Below are positions 13,528-26,650 of a stretch of 64,000 nucleotides of DNA, in pieces. The DNA is from Yuukianura sp. NJ FZ-2021 (lineage: Eukaryota): assembly GCA_046563655.1 (NCBI GenBank), contig CM102286.1, positions 6,510,001 to 6,574,000 of the forward strand, given 5' to 3'. Every line of letters starts with the position of its first letter. Positions within the stretch are counted from its first letter, which is position 1. Made by a program: the position numbers and the translations under genes. The notes under the pieces were generated by a model. The model was not told where the DNA came from. It did no database searches and saw only the letters and a program-made list of their open reading frames with translations.

Positions 13528-16500
13528 ATCAGAAGTTGCTATGCAAGAGAAAAAAAATGCGCTCGAAAAGTTTACGCGATTTTGACCTTACTGACGCTAC
13601 AATTTTTTTTTTCATTTTGGTTTGACTTGTTGGAATATCAAAAGCCAAATTATTTAGGCTTATTTTATATTTTCGGTTTATAATTTCGCTGCTGCTGTTA
13701 AGTATTACTTTCACCCGCTTTTACATATGGCTTTATCAGCGTAGCACAACGATGCGGTGTACATGGCAATCAAAGTTCAAAAACTTCATCTACTCTCACA
13801 CAGCATGAAATATGCCGTTTCGTCCGGATACGTAGCAAATATAATCCGCTTGGGTTGGGAGTTGAAATTTCATGTTAGAGATGGATTGTTCATATCGGTT
13901 AATAGTCTCTTGCTGTGGAAGGAACAAAAGCTTGGCAAGAACTGTAATGGGATTTCATTTTCATGTGGTTACGTTTTTGCGAAGAATGATGATGGATGAG
14001 CCATGTAACGAGATGATAAGTTTTTGAAGCTAATATAATTCAGCAACATGTTCAATGTGATTGGGTTCAACACTTGAAATTCAGTTGGGGGAGACTTTGG
14101 GGTTCTTCGGTGGCTTGCATATGCAGCAGTTTCATAAAGAAGCATATTCTTTCAAGTATTTAACCTCAAAATGAATTACTTTCGCTGAGAGTTACGTTTT
14201 CAGAAGAAAAGAAGATTCTCCCAGGGTTTGGATGAAATTCGCATGATGCGATTTCCCTGTTCAAAATTAGTACCTTTAATTCCTTGAATAACATTTTGGA
14301 CGTTTTGTCAGGTTGTGGAGAGTAGCTAAGATAGATTATTGGAAAAGCTTGAGGAGGAGAGCCATGGTTCACTGCCGGGTTCGTGCCCTTGGCAGGCCTT
14401 TTGAGGATTTATTTCTGAATGGGTCCATTGTCCAGACTCTGACATTAAACCCCGACCAGAAGAAAGTACAAGGGAACTTCCTGGGGTAGCACCCGGAGGA
14501 GCTTTGTTTTTAATCTGGAAAGAGAGAGATTCAACTGTCAAAGGTTCAACAAGACTCCAACAAAACTCCCGAAAGAAACCTCTCAACACGAAAATTCTTT
14601 ACCTCAAGGTAGAAAAACACTTGAAAGTCCGCGCTCTTAACTACGATTTGACGTTGTCGCTACAATAACCGCTAATGCCTAAGTGCTCAGGCTTTCTAGT
14701 GTTCATAGAGGAGTCTGGTACGACATCAACAGTTAGAGTAGAACAGTCCATGAAAATTGTACGGGAAATATGTTTTAACGTTTATTTTCATGTTCGTCCA
14801 GTCTAACTTTTTAATCAAATACGTTATGTTAAATGAAAGCTTTTGTTGAGAAGTGTCGATTGTCGTCACATTCTGCAGAGTTGGTGGTGAAAGTAACTGT
14901 GTAGTTTCGAAATACGAATGACCATCACATCTTCGCGCAAAGTTCAAGTTCTTACGTGACCTTTGACCTGAGCAGCAACGAATGAAATTTGATTGACCCT
15001 TGTACCTTCCAATTACACGTTCTTAGTGCTCGTCCATTGCTTATTCTGAATGCTATTAAGTTAACAGGGAGGAATGCCACGTCATAAAAGGGGTTAAATA
15101 GGCAATTCGATCTCGAACAATCCACTCGACTCGACCACACTTACAGCTACGCCAAGCACTCATCCACTTAAACATCGTGGGAATGACCCAGCTTTTCTGA
15201 CGAATGTTGGACGGTGCATCAGGCTTTCAGTTCGACACCTCCACCTGATTGGCGTTTTACAGACGAGGACTTTGTTGCTTCTGGGGTGGAAGATGAGGGT
15301 AGAAAGTACTTTCTGAACATAAAATGAATGAGTCAGTTCCCGAGTAAATTCACAACGACTTAACCAAGCACTTGCCCAATTTACCTGTGTTATGCCTATG
15401 TGTCACTTCCGTTTCTCATAGTACCGAATTGCATCAATACCTTTTAAGAAAGAGCTCGACGCATCATCTTCGATCTATCCTTCATTTTCTGAAAATTTTA
15501 AGAATTGAATGCTGAGTTGTGCTGACCCCTTTGTTCCGCCAATTGTCCTTATTGATTGATTTGTTGATTTTATTATTCACATCGTCATTGATGTCCCTGC
15601 TTATGATGACTGTACAAGTGTAGTATAAATAAAATTAAGTAATAAAATAATGAATAAGTAACCGTAAAACCCAATGTGGAACCTATAAGTTTTAAATGAG
15701 AATGGGAAATATTACTCCTGTTACAGTGTAACAATTCATAACTATTTAACCTAAAAGTTTTAGTTACTATTTCGTATTGTCAATCCCATGGTCTGGGCAC
15801 AACTCTTAGCCTATAAGTACTAAAAACCAATTAGATATTTTCACATTTAGTTTTCTAAACCGGCATCATTCGTCTCAAACACCAAAACTTAACCTAGCTG
15901 TGGTCTTACTCATACTTACGTAATTCTGCAATTTAAAGTGAGCAAAAATCTACGATCTAGTGCCTCATTCACACGATGGAGTTCCAAAGTAACTACTCTA
16001 AATTAATAAAACGAGAAATAGAGGAAATGGAAAGCATTTGTACATGGTTAAATGAGTTCTAGATTTTTATACATCGCACAACTAAACTATGCTACTGAAA
16101 AAAGTAGAGAAAGCTATGGATTAAGCTGCCTCTTGGCCAATTCGTTTGTTCAAGACACAAAGTACATGTACGTCATTTCTCATTTTATTTTGGAAACTAG
16201 TTCTTCAAAATTTTCAAAAATTGAAATGCTGCAAGTTGTAGTATTGGAAATGTTTTAGCTTGTTCATACCTCATAACTTTAGGTGTTGAAAAATATTATG
16301 AAACAAATTGCAACGTTCACTTAGGTGCTTTTCTTTATTTCATTTAAGATTTAAAAGTCCCGGACGTAAAACTCAAAAACGTTCAAGTAAAAAACTGTAG
16401 TCGGAAATTGAATGGGCGTAGAATCTAATGTGACGATGAATATTGGTTGCCGGGGTGTGAGAATACGGTACTTGTTAGAATCATAAGTACGGGGAAGTCC

Positions 16501-17275
16501 GGAAAAGCGAGCCATTAAAGGCGAACAATAAGAGCCAAGACCTAAGATCCTTAATAGAATATCAATATCAGTCACTAATTCAGAGAAGGTTGGACGGGGC
16601 GGGTAGGGTAGTCAAGTTTTTGTATAGTAAAAGACGTCGGATCACGCCAGGGTGGAGGGGTGTAAAATTTAAGGTATCACAACAATGACGATGATGATGA
16701 TGGGTTACCCTTGGACTATCCATAACAATTGCAGTTCGTGGCAACTACTAACCTACAGTGCCCAGGGGAAGTCCAGCACCTATTCAACATTGTGAAACTT
16801 GTCCTTTGCTTAGGCAAACTCAGCGGGGATAATGGATCATCCTCAACAATTGCCAAAGGTATACATGTCAACTGCCCTTTTAATTGTAAGGAACGTCTAC
16901 AACGGGGAAGGTACAAAGGAAATTGCTTTTAGAGCAAATGACGAGGGGATTGTGTAGAATTTGGATCCCTAGAGTGAAACTTTGTAAACCAATTATACAT
17001 GAGCTGCAGCAGGGCTCCATTCAATTTCAAACGAAAGGCCAAAAGGAGCCTTTACCAGAGCACAACTAATCAAAAGTCATAACTTACGAAATAGGAACAA
17101 GACGAGCCTCTAGAACCTTAAATTAACACTCGGTATAATTATAATTACAATTCTAAATTTTACTTATTCACAGTAGTACACAGAATGATCCCTTATCGAC
17201 TTTCTCCGCCTGCTCTCGCTACTTTCTCTACTAGCCAACCTTTACGCATGACTTTCTTCCAAAATTTGATTTCCT

Positions 17276-20200
17276 TCACGACGAGTTCGTTGGAATGTGG
17301 TGGTAGAGAGCTTGGTTGTAATAGTCCATTCCCATATTATTCGTAGCACCGTAGCCTCCATAGGGTTGTACAAGACTTATGTCATACTTTGGGTCAATTC
17401 CACGACCATTTGACCCAACATCACTGGATACGAGCCGATTTATGGAAAATGGTAGGTAAGTGGGTCCGTTGTCTTTGGTATGATGAGAAATTTGGGGCAT
17501 GTGAAGTAGTGAAGGCAATTGACCCAAGGGGTCCAACGGGTAGCGGGAGTGACCGTGGCTGTGTTGATGAATGCTTGGCCCGTGACAATCCGAAGGACTT
17601 CCACCGTTCTGAAGCACGTCCATTTTCCCTTCAAGATGATGTTCCTCAGGACTTCCGTTTGTTCGGCTGAGACCATGTCCACCAAGATGTCCAAGGTTAT
17701 TCATAATAGCATTCATATGATCAGCGGCACTGTCATGGTGGTGGTGGTGACGGTGATGGAGTTGGTGGTGCTCAGGTTTGACTCCCAAGTGACTCTGATT
17801 TTGTTGAGCATGGTGAAGCTGGTGCGGCTGCGCATAGCTGTTAGAGTCATCGCGCAGGCCAGCGGAATGCATCATTGGAGGCGTTGTTGAATTGTTGGAA
17901 ATCATGGAATTCCTTCCAGGTCTCTTCATCGGTAGAATTCCATTGCCGCTGGCTGAAGAAGCACTGCTTGTACCGGATGTTGAAGAAATTGATTCCATTT
18001 GTGTCTGTTTATGAGCTTCCCGCACGGCCTGTTTCGTTTCGTCCTTGAATCTCTTCTGTCTCCGCAGAAAGCAGCCATTTTCAAACATGTTCCCAGAATT
18101 CGGATGGAGCGACCAGAAGGAGCCTTTGCCCGGGCGATCTGGCGTTCGTGCCACTTTGATAAAGCAGTCATTAAACGAGAGGGAGTGTCGAATGGAGTTT
18201 TGCCACCGTTGTTGGTTTTGGCGATAGAACGGGAACTGGTTCATTATGAATTGGTAGATTTCAGATAGGGTTAGCATCTTGGAGGGTGAATCCTGAAAGA
18301 AAGCAAACAAGACAGAATCAATTATGCTCTGCGAAGTTGAAAATAAATTGATAAAACCCAAACCATGTTAGGTTATTTCTTGGTCAAACAAAAAGAAAAA
18401 TTCAGAGCCATGTCATTCAATCTCATGGAAAAAAAAAGTCATCTATTTACTTTCCATTTGTTCGTTCTTTGTGTAACTGGAAACCATTTCCCATTTTTCT
18501 TTTTCCTTAAACAAGTACTTGCCAGTTGCCAAGTCATGGAATGGCGCGAGTTCTTTAGTTGATGTAAGAGTTCTTCCCTGTATTCCCATTGCGCAAACAA
18601 AATAAACCAAATGGATTGTCTTGTAAAGTATTTTACAAATATCTTGTTAGTCAGAAAATTATTAACAAAACAGTAAAGGTTTTGGAACGCCAAATTTGCT
18701 TTCCCTTGCCCTGCTTTAGGATACATTCAGTTTCTTTTTTTTTTTTTTCAAAATCGAGCTTGTGGGATTAGCCTGATTTTATAAACACAACATATTTTTT
18801 CGTCAAAGTCCCAACCCCTAAAAATGTTCCCTTATACATGGAAAAAAATCGGTTAAAGTTTCAGAATTTTTCATAAACTCTAAATGGTGCTACCGGGGCT
18901 TGTAATTTTTACACGAAAATTCACCCTACAACTTCGAGGGGTGACGTAATTTGCTTGTGGACAAGCGTAGAGTCGATGGATTCGGCTGAAATTTTGCAGA
19001 CGTCTTCGCTAGATCTGTAGGAACAATTTTTGTATTTGCTTGACCCCACCTAACCAAACCGTTTGACCTCTAGAGGTCAAACAAAGAACCTACGCCAGCA
19101 GACCACCCCGAATGACGTCCGACTTAAAAATCAAAAATATGCCCGAGGCGATGGCAAATCGCGAGGTTGATTAGGCATATTGAGTATTAGCATTCAAGTT
19201 AATATACACATTTGGAACCAAAATTCAGAATATGTGGGTACTTTCCCACAGAAGTGGGGCCCTATTGGACGAATTGGTTCCAGCGGGTGAGTGAAAGCTG
19301 GTTGATAATGACGGATCTAAAGGCACCTTATGCCGGCGCGTTATTTTCCTTTCACTGCGTTTCTGTTTGCAAAACGGCTTATCGACGGCCTTATCCTGCA
19401 TGTTTCCCTGATATGCATGCACCCAGTCTCTTCTCAGCCAGACAAAATAAAAATACGACAATTCATACGCGTTTAAATTCGGATTCAGCATCCGATCAAA
19501 ATCCCTTTCAAAAAGAAACACGAACAGAAGTGGAGGGGAACAAATTGCGACAAGTCCCAACTGTCACCGCTTTCAGCAACGCTTACTCTAATTGTTCCTA
19601 AGCTGAATACATCGTTATTCAGCCTCCGTAAAAAAACGAGCTTAGTCTCATGAAAAGTGTTAAACTGAAGTTCTGGAGCGATCGGAAATTTTCCGGGATG
19701 CAACTGTTCAAAAGTTGTATTTGCCAGTATTCTTAACGTATTTTGAAATATAGTCAGTTCATACAGTAATATATTTCGCAAACTCATTGCCGACTGCGCC
19801 TTGTTGAGTTAATTGACGTTAATAAACGAATGTGTTAGTGACATAGGTGTTCTTTTTTTTTTTGCTAATACCATCGTAATGTTTACTTTTCTCAATCAGT
19901 GCCTTGTAGGATGAAGCTTTTTGGAAAGTACACATTTAAAGCCTTAGTGAGAATGAAACTAGACAAGTACATTTCTTTTTAATGACTATTAACATTTTGT
20001 GGGAAGGCGGATGTGTGAAAACTTCAAAAGTAACACATCGTAAAAAACATGTCACATTATTAAAATCCACAGGGAAGTCATTCATTCTTTTAACAGATGA
20101 AGTGGAAAATTTCACGAGAATCTTTGTTGCAAGTTTCCGATAACTAGCATTGTGACTTGGTGTTATGATTCTACGGAGAGATGACAAATGTCTTTAATTT

Positions 20201-21615
20201 AAAGTCAAGAGTGATGGACATTCAAAACTAAAACTTAAATAAACTAGTTAATTTAAACATTCTACGAGAACATGTTGGTAGAAGAATTGAATCTTTATTT
20301 GGAACTGCTGTACCCTCATTGTATTTCACCTTCTAATGCAATGGCGAGCAGCGCAGTATTTTCAAAAATATAAATTTGACATTTCACTTCATCAGCAAAG
20401 TCAAGATTAAACCTAAAGTAACATTACATTAACCATCCAAATTTAATAGAAATGGAGTCTAGGACTGAGGAAATACAACAATTTTCTACCAAGACATAGC
20501 CATATCGTTAACCGCGAACTCTTTGCGCAAGTGCAAAGCTTTTCAACGTGTAAATTCAAAAAATTCACCGTTTAGTATTCGTCAATCGCTGGTTACAGTT
20601 ACATTCCATTTTACTCTTGATTCGATCCACTCCGTTTTGGGTTCAAGAGTTTATGACTTTTTCATTTTTACTAAAAGTGCTTATGCATCTTGAAAGTGAC
20701 ATCAAAGAATACATGTAAACTCCACCGCGTTAGTACAACCCATCGCTGTTTCCACCCAAGGCTTCAAACAATTTGAGTAATCAGAGGTGTCTGAATTGGC
20801 CAGATAGAGCAGGAAGGATATTGTTAGAAAATATGACAGTAGAGGAAATGGAAGTACTAATGTGTTAGATGGAATTTGGGCAGTGACTCATACCTTATCA
20901 GCAAACAAGTCAAAACGAACAATCTACAGTCTATTCGTTTTCAAGTTAAACTTTTTTCCTCTTGGAACACAAAATTTCGAATCCTAAATTTTACTTGTTT
21001 TGAATAGTCGATTACATAGCTAAAAAAAAACTTACACTCCACTGCATATACAGAGAGTAAAAGGACTTCCCTAAAAGTAAAAAGAGAAAAGTGAAAAGCT
21101 TTTTTGATTACCTGAATTGCCATTGTGATGAGTGAGATGTAGGAATACGGAGGCTTTGCGTGTGTGTGCATCCGCCTATACGCTTTTGGATTGTTTACTG
21201 CAATGAGTGCTTGAGTTGCTGCTGCCGTAGGGTTTCCACCACCCAAATTGTTGTTTGAAATGGCGGAGGCGTAGTTTTGGCGTTGCGTGGGACTGGATCC
21301 GCTTAGATTTAAGTTTTCACAGGAGGAGTTGATGCCACCGAGGCTGTAGGCTGAAGATGCCGCAGCATACTGCACTGCCGCACTCACGGAATTGGGCGAA
21401 CTCATTCCCGTGTACGGATTAATTCCAGGATTTGTTGTCGGGGGTGACATGCAACCATGGACGGGAGAACCCCCGAACTGGGCACAGTTAGCTGCCAGTC
21501 CATATCCCGACGGTCCGATTATGTAAGACGGTGAAGAAGAAAGTGAATTTTGCCCACTGCCCATCCCTTGTCCTGTGCCACTTACATCAGGCGAATAAAC
21601 TTTACCCGATAACAT
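17276..21615 (-). CDS. fkh: Fork head / FoxA transcription factor, 2 exons: 21615-21112 and 18292-17276 (~506 aa)
   Basis: FoxA-type forkhead domain [107 protein letters not shown]-terminal PFSINRL (FoxA region II) motif is present. Phase-0 GT-AG intron at 21111-18293. Confidence 0.95.
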
Positions 21616-24600
21616 GTTTGCTGGAAGGAGAACGCAGATTTGTTCCGACACAAAAGAGTTTTGATTGCGTCCGCTTTTTCTATGCTTTCCCCAACTGTTT
21701 CGGTGGCTTTACGCTCATGTACAACAAGCAGAACAAAACACAATAGTTTTTATTGACTCAAGTGCATGGTTACGTTTAAAAATAACTAGTTCTGTTCACT
21801 TCACAATTAGAACTGGAGGAGGGGAAGTAATTGACACCTCAATTGATAGGTGCAGATTCTAGTCTTGCGTTGATTGAGGACACTGTAGAGATGAGTAGTC
21901 TGGAACGTTAGGTTTTCAGGAAGTTAAAATTGGAAACCTGGTCTTCCCTGTTGTTGAACTCTAAATCACCACAGATGACTGATAACAAATCACTGCCTAA
22001 TGTCAACAATAGCAAAGAACTGACCCGAGTGAACTCGATGCAAAACAATAATTGTACGGTTGCAATGGAATTGTTCCAACCTCCGGAACATTAAGGTCAA
22101 CGTCCCTATTGAAAATTGCAAACGCTAATTTGTAAATCTTCCACCTAGCTGCGGGAAAGTTTCACATGTAGGAAACCCGGATATCAAAGTTTGGTGTTTA
22201 ATTTTTTTTTAAACTGTGATTTGATTTTCTGCTGGCACTGGGATTTGAATTCACTTCTGTCCAGATGAGCTGATGTTTAATTTGGCTATTTTGAAAGAAG
22301 AACGTTAGTTAGCATTAGTGTCATCCAATTGACTTTTGATTGTTGACTCTTTTGAAACTGCGGTAACTTTCTCCTTGTTGATGTAGAGAAGTCCAAAGTT
22401 TAGAGTTGGCGAGCAAGTGAAAGTTGATGATGAGGAAGTATTGACACTAAGCGGGAGGGTTTCCTTATTATGTATAAAGTATAAATTAAGGTCTTGTTTT
22501 ACTTTTCAATCAAGCAACAAGTGCCCTTGTCTTCAGAAGAGAAACACAGAGTTGCCGAGAGTGGGACTAATTCGGGTCGCTTGATTTTTGTAACCCGAAG
22601 GTGGGTTTAGTTAATATTTGCCTCCTTTCGTCAATTTATTTGGAAAGCTCCTTGACTCCGATTCCGAAGAGGAAGATCCGATAAACACACAGGGAGAGAG
22701 AAAAGAAAGGAAGAATAATTGTCAAAACAAACAGTGCACGTGGATTTGGTACACAAAACTGAAAGAAGTCTCCTTTCTCTGTTTGATTTGGAGCCTAGCT
22801 TAGCTAAACATCATAAAGCAAACTAAAAGTTGAGCGTGAGTAGGAGTAAAGACCAAGTAGGGACGCGGGTAAGGAAGAATGGGAGTGGGGCTAAAGTTCG
22901 TTATATAACTTGATTTTCCCTCCCTCTATTTCAAATAGACTTCCATGACGGTTAGGAGAGACTCCGTCGGAGTTGGAAGCCCTGCCTAGGCAGTAAGCTA
23001 GGACTCATTGACCGAGGAACGTTTCGAGATTGGATGGCACAGCCCAATCCCGACCTCCAGAAAACAGTTAAGAGGAGGAGACTAACACCCCTTCTGCCTC
23101 AGAAAGGCTTTCCTTAGTCACAAGAAACCAAAAAAAGCACCAGTTCGATTCAACCTCTCCGCAAAAACGGCACAAAACGAAGATGATGAAATGACGGCAG
23201 AACGAGCTCCATTCCATCTTCGCTTGTTCCTTCTGCCATTATTATCTTCTCCTCCGACGACACAGTCGTCAGAGCGGCCAGCCGAGGCTTTGATCGACCT
23301 GAATTCTGAACGTCAAGTCAATGGTGGTGCCAAGTCCTTAAGTCCAGACTTTGCACTAACTCATGCAGCGACGTGCACGGAACTCAAAGAAGCCAGTGTC
23401 TTACCTTGTGTTAATATGGTTACTGTACCAGAAGAGAAAAACTTTGCCAAAAGATGTTAGATATTTCAACAAACGAGAATGTTTAGTAATTTTGTCACCC
23501 TAACCCCATAGACTAAGTTAGTGTCGGCGTAACCATCGTTTTAAGAATGCCAGGATTACATTTCGGTTTTTACACCGTAAATGAATTAACTGAAAAAAAC
23601 TACAACACTAGTTTTGGATATTTTAAGCGCAGGGATCCAAAAATTGAAATTTTGCATTAATAATTTGGAAAATTTGGGGTTTCTTGGATATTATTTGCTG
23701 ATTAAATATTCATTGGTAAAAATTGGCAATAAAAGAATATGTTAGGACTTTCGGCAGCGAATGACATTGTTGGTGTTTTTATTGTAATTCTATCAAAACT
23801 ATACAACAAATAACCACAAAAAAAACTGTTCAAACCAAACAAAGACTGAAAAAAACTAAATACGAATTAAACTCATTATTCTAAGCCGCACCTTGTTGCT
23901 TCAGACAAGTTCCAGTGTTTGGTGGGTAAATGAAAGAACGTATTGAAGCACACCGACCTAATATTTGATGTGTGCTTGGAATCCAAATGCAGTTTGCTTT
24001 AGTTGACGATGCTTTTATTTAATATCAAATATTTGTACAAATCTTATACAGAGAAAAGCAGTTGCATTGTATCAACACTTCCCGCCCTACTTACGTCAGG
24101 CTTCATTCTTTCACGCACCGCAACGCTGGAGTGAGTTATAAAGTCAATCTCTGAAAATTCAAGTTTCTTTGAAATAAAACTTTCTAATTCAGTTACTTCC
24201 GATTCATCTTTGAGCCAAAACTGCCGACCTCCTTGGTTTTATCAGTTGAATTTTAACTTTTAAGTTTCCGACATCAAGTTTTTCGCGCCTCCAGCTTTAA
24301 ATTTCAAACGCAAGAGTACGAAAATACGTGAGAGTCCAAGTTCCGTGTTAAAATTTTTCAGTTTTCTTCGCGTCATGTTTCAAGTTTTTTAGTGCTTTAA
24401 CCCAACCTAAGTTTTCACCCTATTCAACATCTCCAACCACCGTTACACCACCGTCATCCACCCGCTCGTTCCTAGCTCTTCTTTTCCTCACTCTCCGAAC
24501 TCTGTCCCCCCGCACACTGCAAAAGCCTTTCTCGAGGACCGGGAAATCGATTCGCTTCCCATGCCCAAATCAACAAAGTAAATATTACGGAAAGCTTTCA

Positions 24601-25869
24601 ATTATGTGGATGGAGCTATCGGGAGTGAAAAGACAGGAAAAGCGAAAACTACCACCCGATATTACGTACTAAGCAGCACTTTTACCTTGTACAGCTAACG
24701 ACAATATAGAAAGTATGGCACTCGCTCAACAGAAACCCAATGATTAAACGGATGGGTTGGAGCATTTAATTTTAAGCGGATAATTTGGTTTAGACAATCC
24801 TCTATCCACAGCTACTGAACTTAATATTGAGTAAAATCGAAATACGAGTTTAAAAATATAAAAAACAGAAGTCTAAAAACAACAAAAATTGTCAGTGTAG
24901 TAACTGCGTAGGCTCAGCACTGTACATCCTGCTGCATGGATTAAGTTAAATGTTCTCAACTCAAGGGGTTGAGAAGTGTTTGACGGATGAAGTTTTTCTT
25001 TTTGTGAAAATTGAATGTGGTGAGATATGATCTTTCTCGGACCCTTCCAGTTATCGAATTGAAACCATCATTTCCCGCTTGTTTACCTTTGTCTCCTTGT
25101 TTTGAAATCTACAAAAACCATTTCATTCCATTAGTCAACTGGATTTCAAACGTGTTGAGAACATCCTTTCGGTTTTTGTTGAAAGAAAAGAGACGCACTC
25201 AACTTAATCCACCTCTTCCGCAATTCCTCCTCGGATTTCAAACACCATTTATTAAAGCGATAGTACGTTAACGTTCATCCAAATTTCCATCGTGATTTTT
25301 GTCGAAAAATGTTTTCAAAAATGCGGGGGGAAATGTGAAAAGCAATTATCTCCAACTTCTTGTATGCCAATTTGATTTTAACAGCAAATTCCATTTATAA
25401 TTTAATGTTTGTAGTAAAGTAGACTTTAGATGAAAAAAATATAATCGAATTTACACTGAATGACGGAAGAAGAAAGCGAGTTTAGCACTGCGGTTGCAGT
25501 TGAGGTGGGCGGGGCAATGAATTATTGATCGAACATTTTTGGTTTCACTTTTCTTAAAAACTGTTTGCACAATTTTTTCGTTTTTCAATAAATTGACTTT
25601 GAAACTGAAACCATTCGAAAAAGAATTTCCAAAACCAATAGCCGATTCCTTCTGCAAAAACTAAAGAAAAAAGACAGGAAAGTTGTTTTTCAAATATTCA
25701 AAAGTCAATAAATCACAAATCAGGTTTGTTACGATTGGAGTTTTCAGAAAACCTGCCAAATTCTGGCACTTATTGAAATTGCGTAAGAAAAAGCTATCTC
25801 ATTGCAGAATCCAGATTTCGAAAGCAGAGGAAAATGATACCGAACAACTTCTTACACTTTTTATTTGAA

Positions 25870-26650
25870 ATTCCAAACTTTAGTTGGATGCATTTTTTCC
25901 GTGAGGAGACTTCAATTCTTCTGCCTTCCTTATAGTATTAGTTTAAAAAAACTCGCCGTCGAAATATGTTTTTGGTGTCGCTTGCTTTCATCTGCACTTT
26001 TTGCTTTCATTTCAAATTGAAGAAGTTTAAGAGCAGATTCGAAAATATCAATCGAAGTTACTTTGTTTGCTTTAGGATTTTCTATTGCCTGAAATCACTT
26101 ATCTCACATGTGTTTATATGGCTTTCCGTAAAAGCTCCAACTTGTCCAAAGCAGCTCGCTCTCCCACATCTCCAGCAGAGATACGTTCTGGCCAAGCTGA
26201 AAAATGTCTCATGCAATTGATAAAGAGACGAGAAATGAAATTGAAAACATGTCGACAGATAAAAACAATTTTGGATTCGTTTGGTTCCTCTCTTGGTTAT
26301 TCCTTCCTGCCTTAAGGACATTGTCCGCTCAGCTTCAAATTCGTTTTTGGAATATTTACAGCTTTTTTTTTGTTCTGCTGAAGCTGAGCATCTGCTGAAT
26401 TCAGTAGCTTTCAATACTCACTTCTTTGTCGAAATTTATGGTTTTCTTTTACAATACTTGACTGATATCACCCAAACGGAGGACCTTTTGCCCTCTGACA
26501 AAATCAGAAAATGGTCAAGGCGTGTGAGTTGTATTTGGACAAACAATTGATAGAATATGATAAAAGCTCCTTCAGAAGTCACAGATAAAATAGAAGTCAG
26601 AGATATTCCTTCACAATGTAAAATTTGTCGCAAAGTGAACTGTGGCATTG
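25870..26650 (-). pseudogene. Possible decayed spliced gene (K/E-rich, coiled-coil-like fragments)
   Basis: Minus-strand pieces read like coding exons (WPERISAGDVGERAALDKLELLRKAI*, NPKANKVTSIDIFESALKLLQFEMKAKSADESKRHQKH, GQKVLRLGDISQVL*KKTINFDKE followed by GTGAGT). They contain stops and frameshifts. Family not recognised. Confidence 0.3.

Noticed and set aside
13000..13761. TACACCG...CGGTGTA as possible Tc1-like ends around the small MITE
   Set aside because: Only 7 bp of inverted match, which is compatible with chance.
14166..14650. Minus-strand exon-like segment with a pyrimidine tract and CAG
   Set aside because: The frame is short, with no start codon or known motif, so it cannot be called.
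17389..18268. Several overlapping plus-strand and alternate-frame ORFs
   Set aside because: They are antisense or shifted-frame shadows of the GC-richer fkh exon 2.
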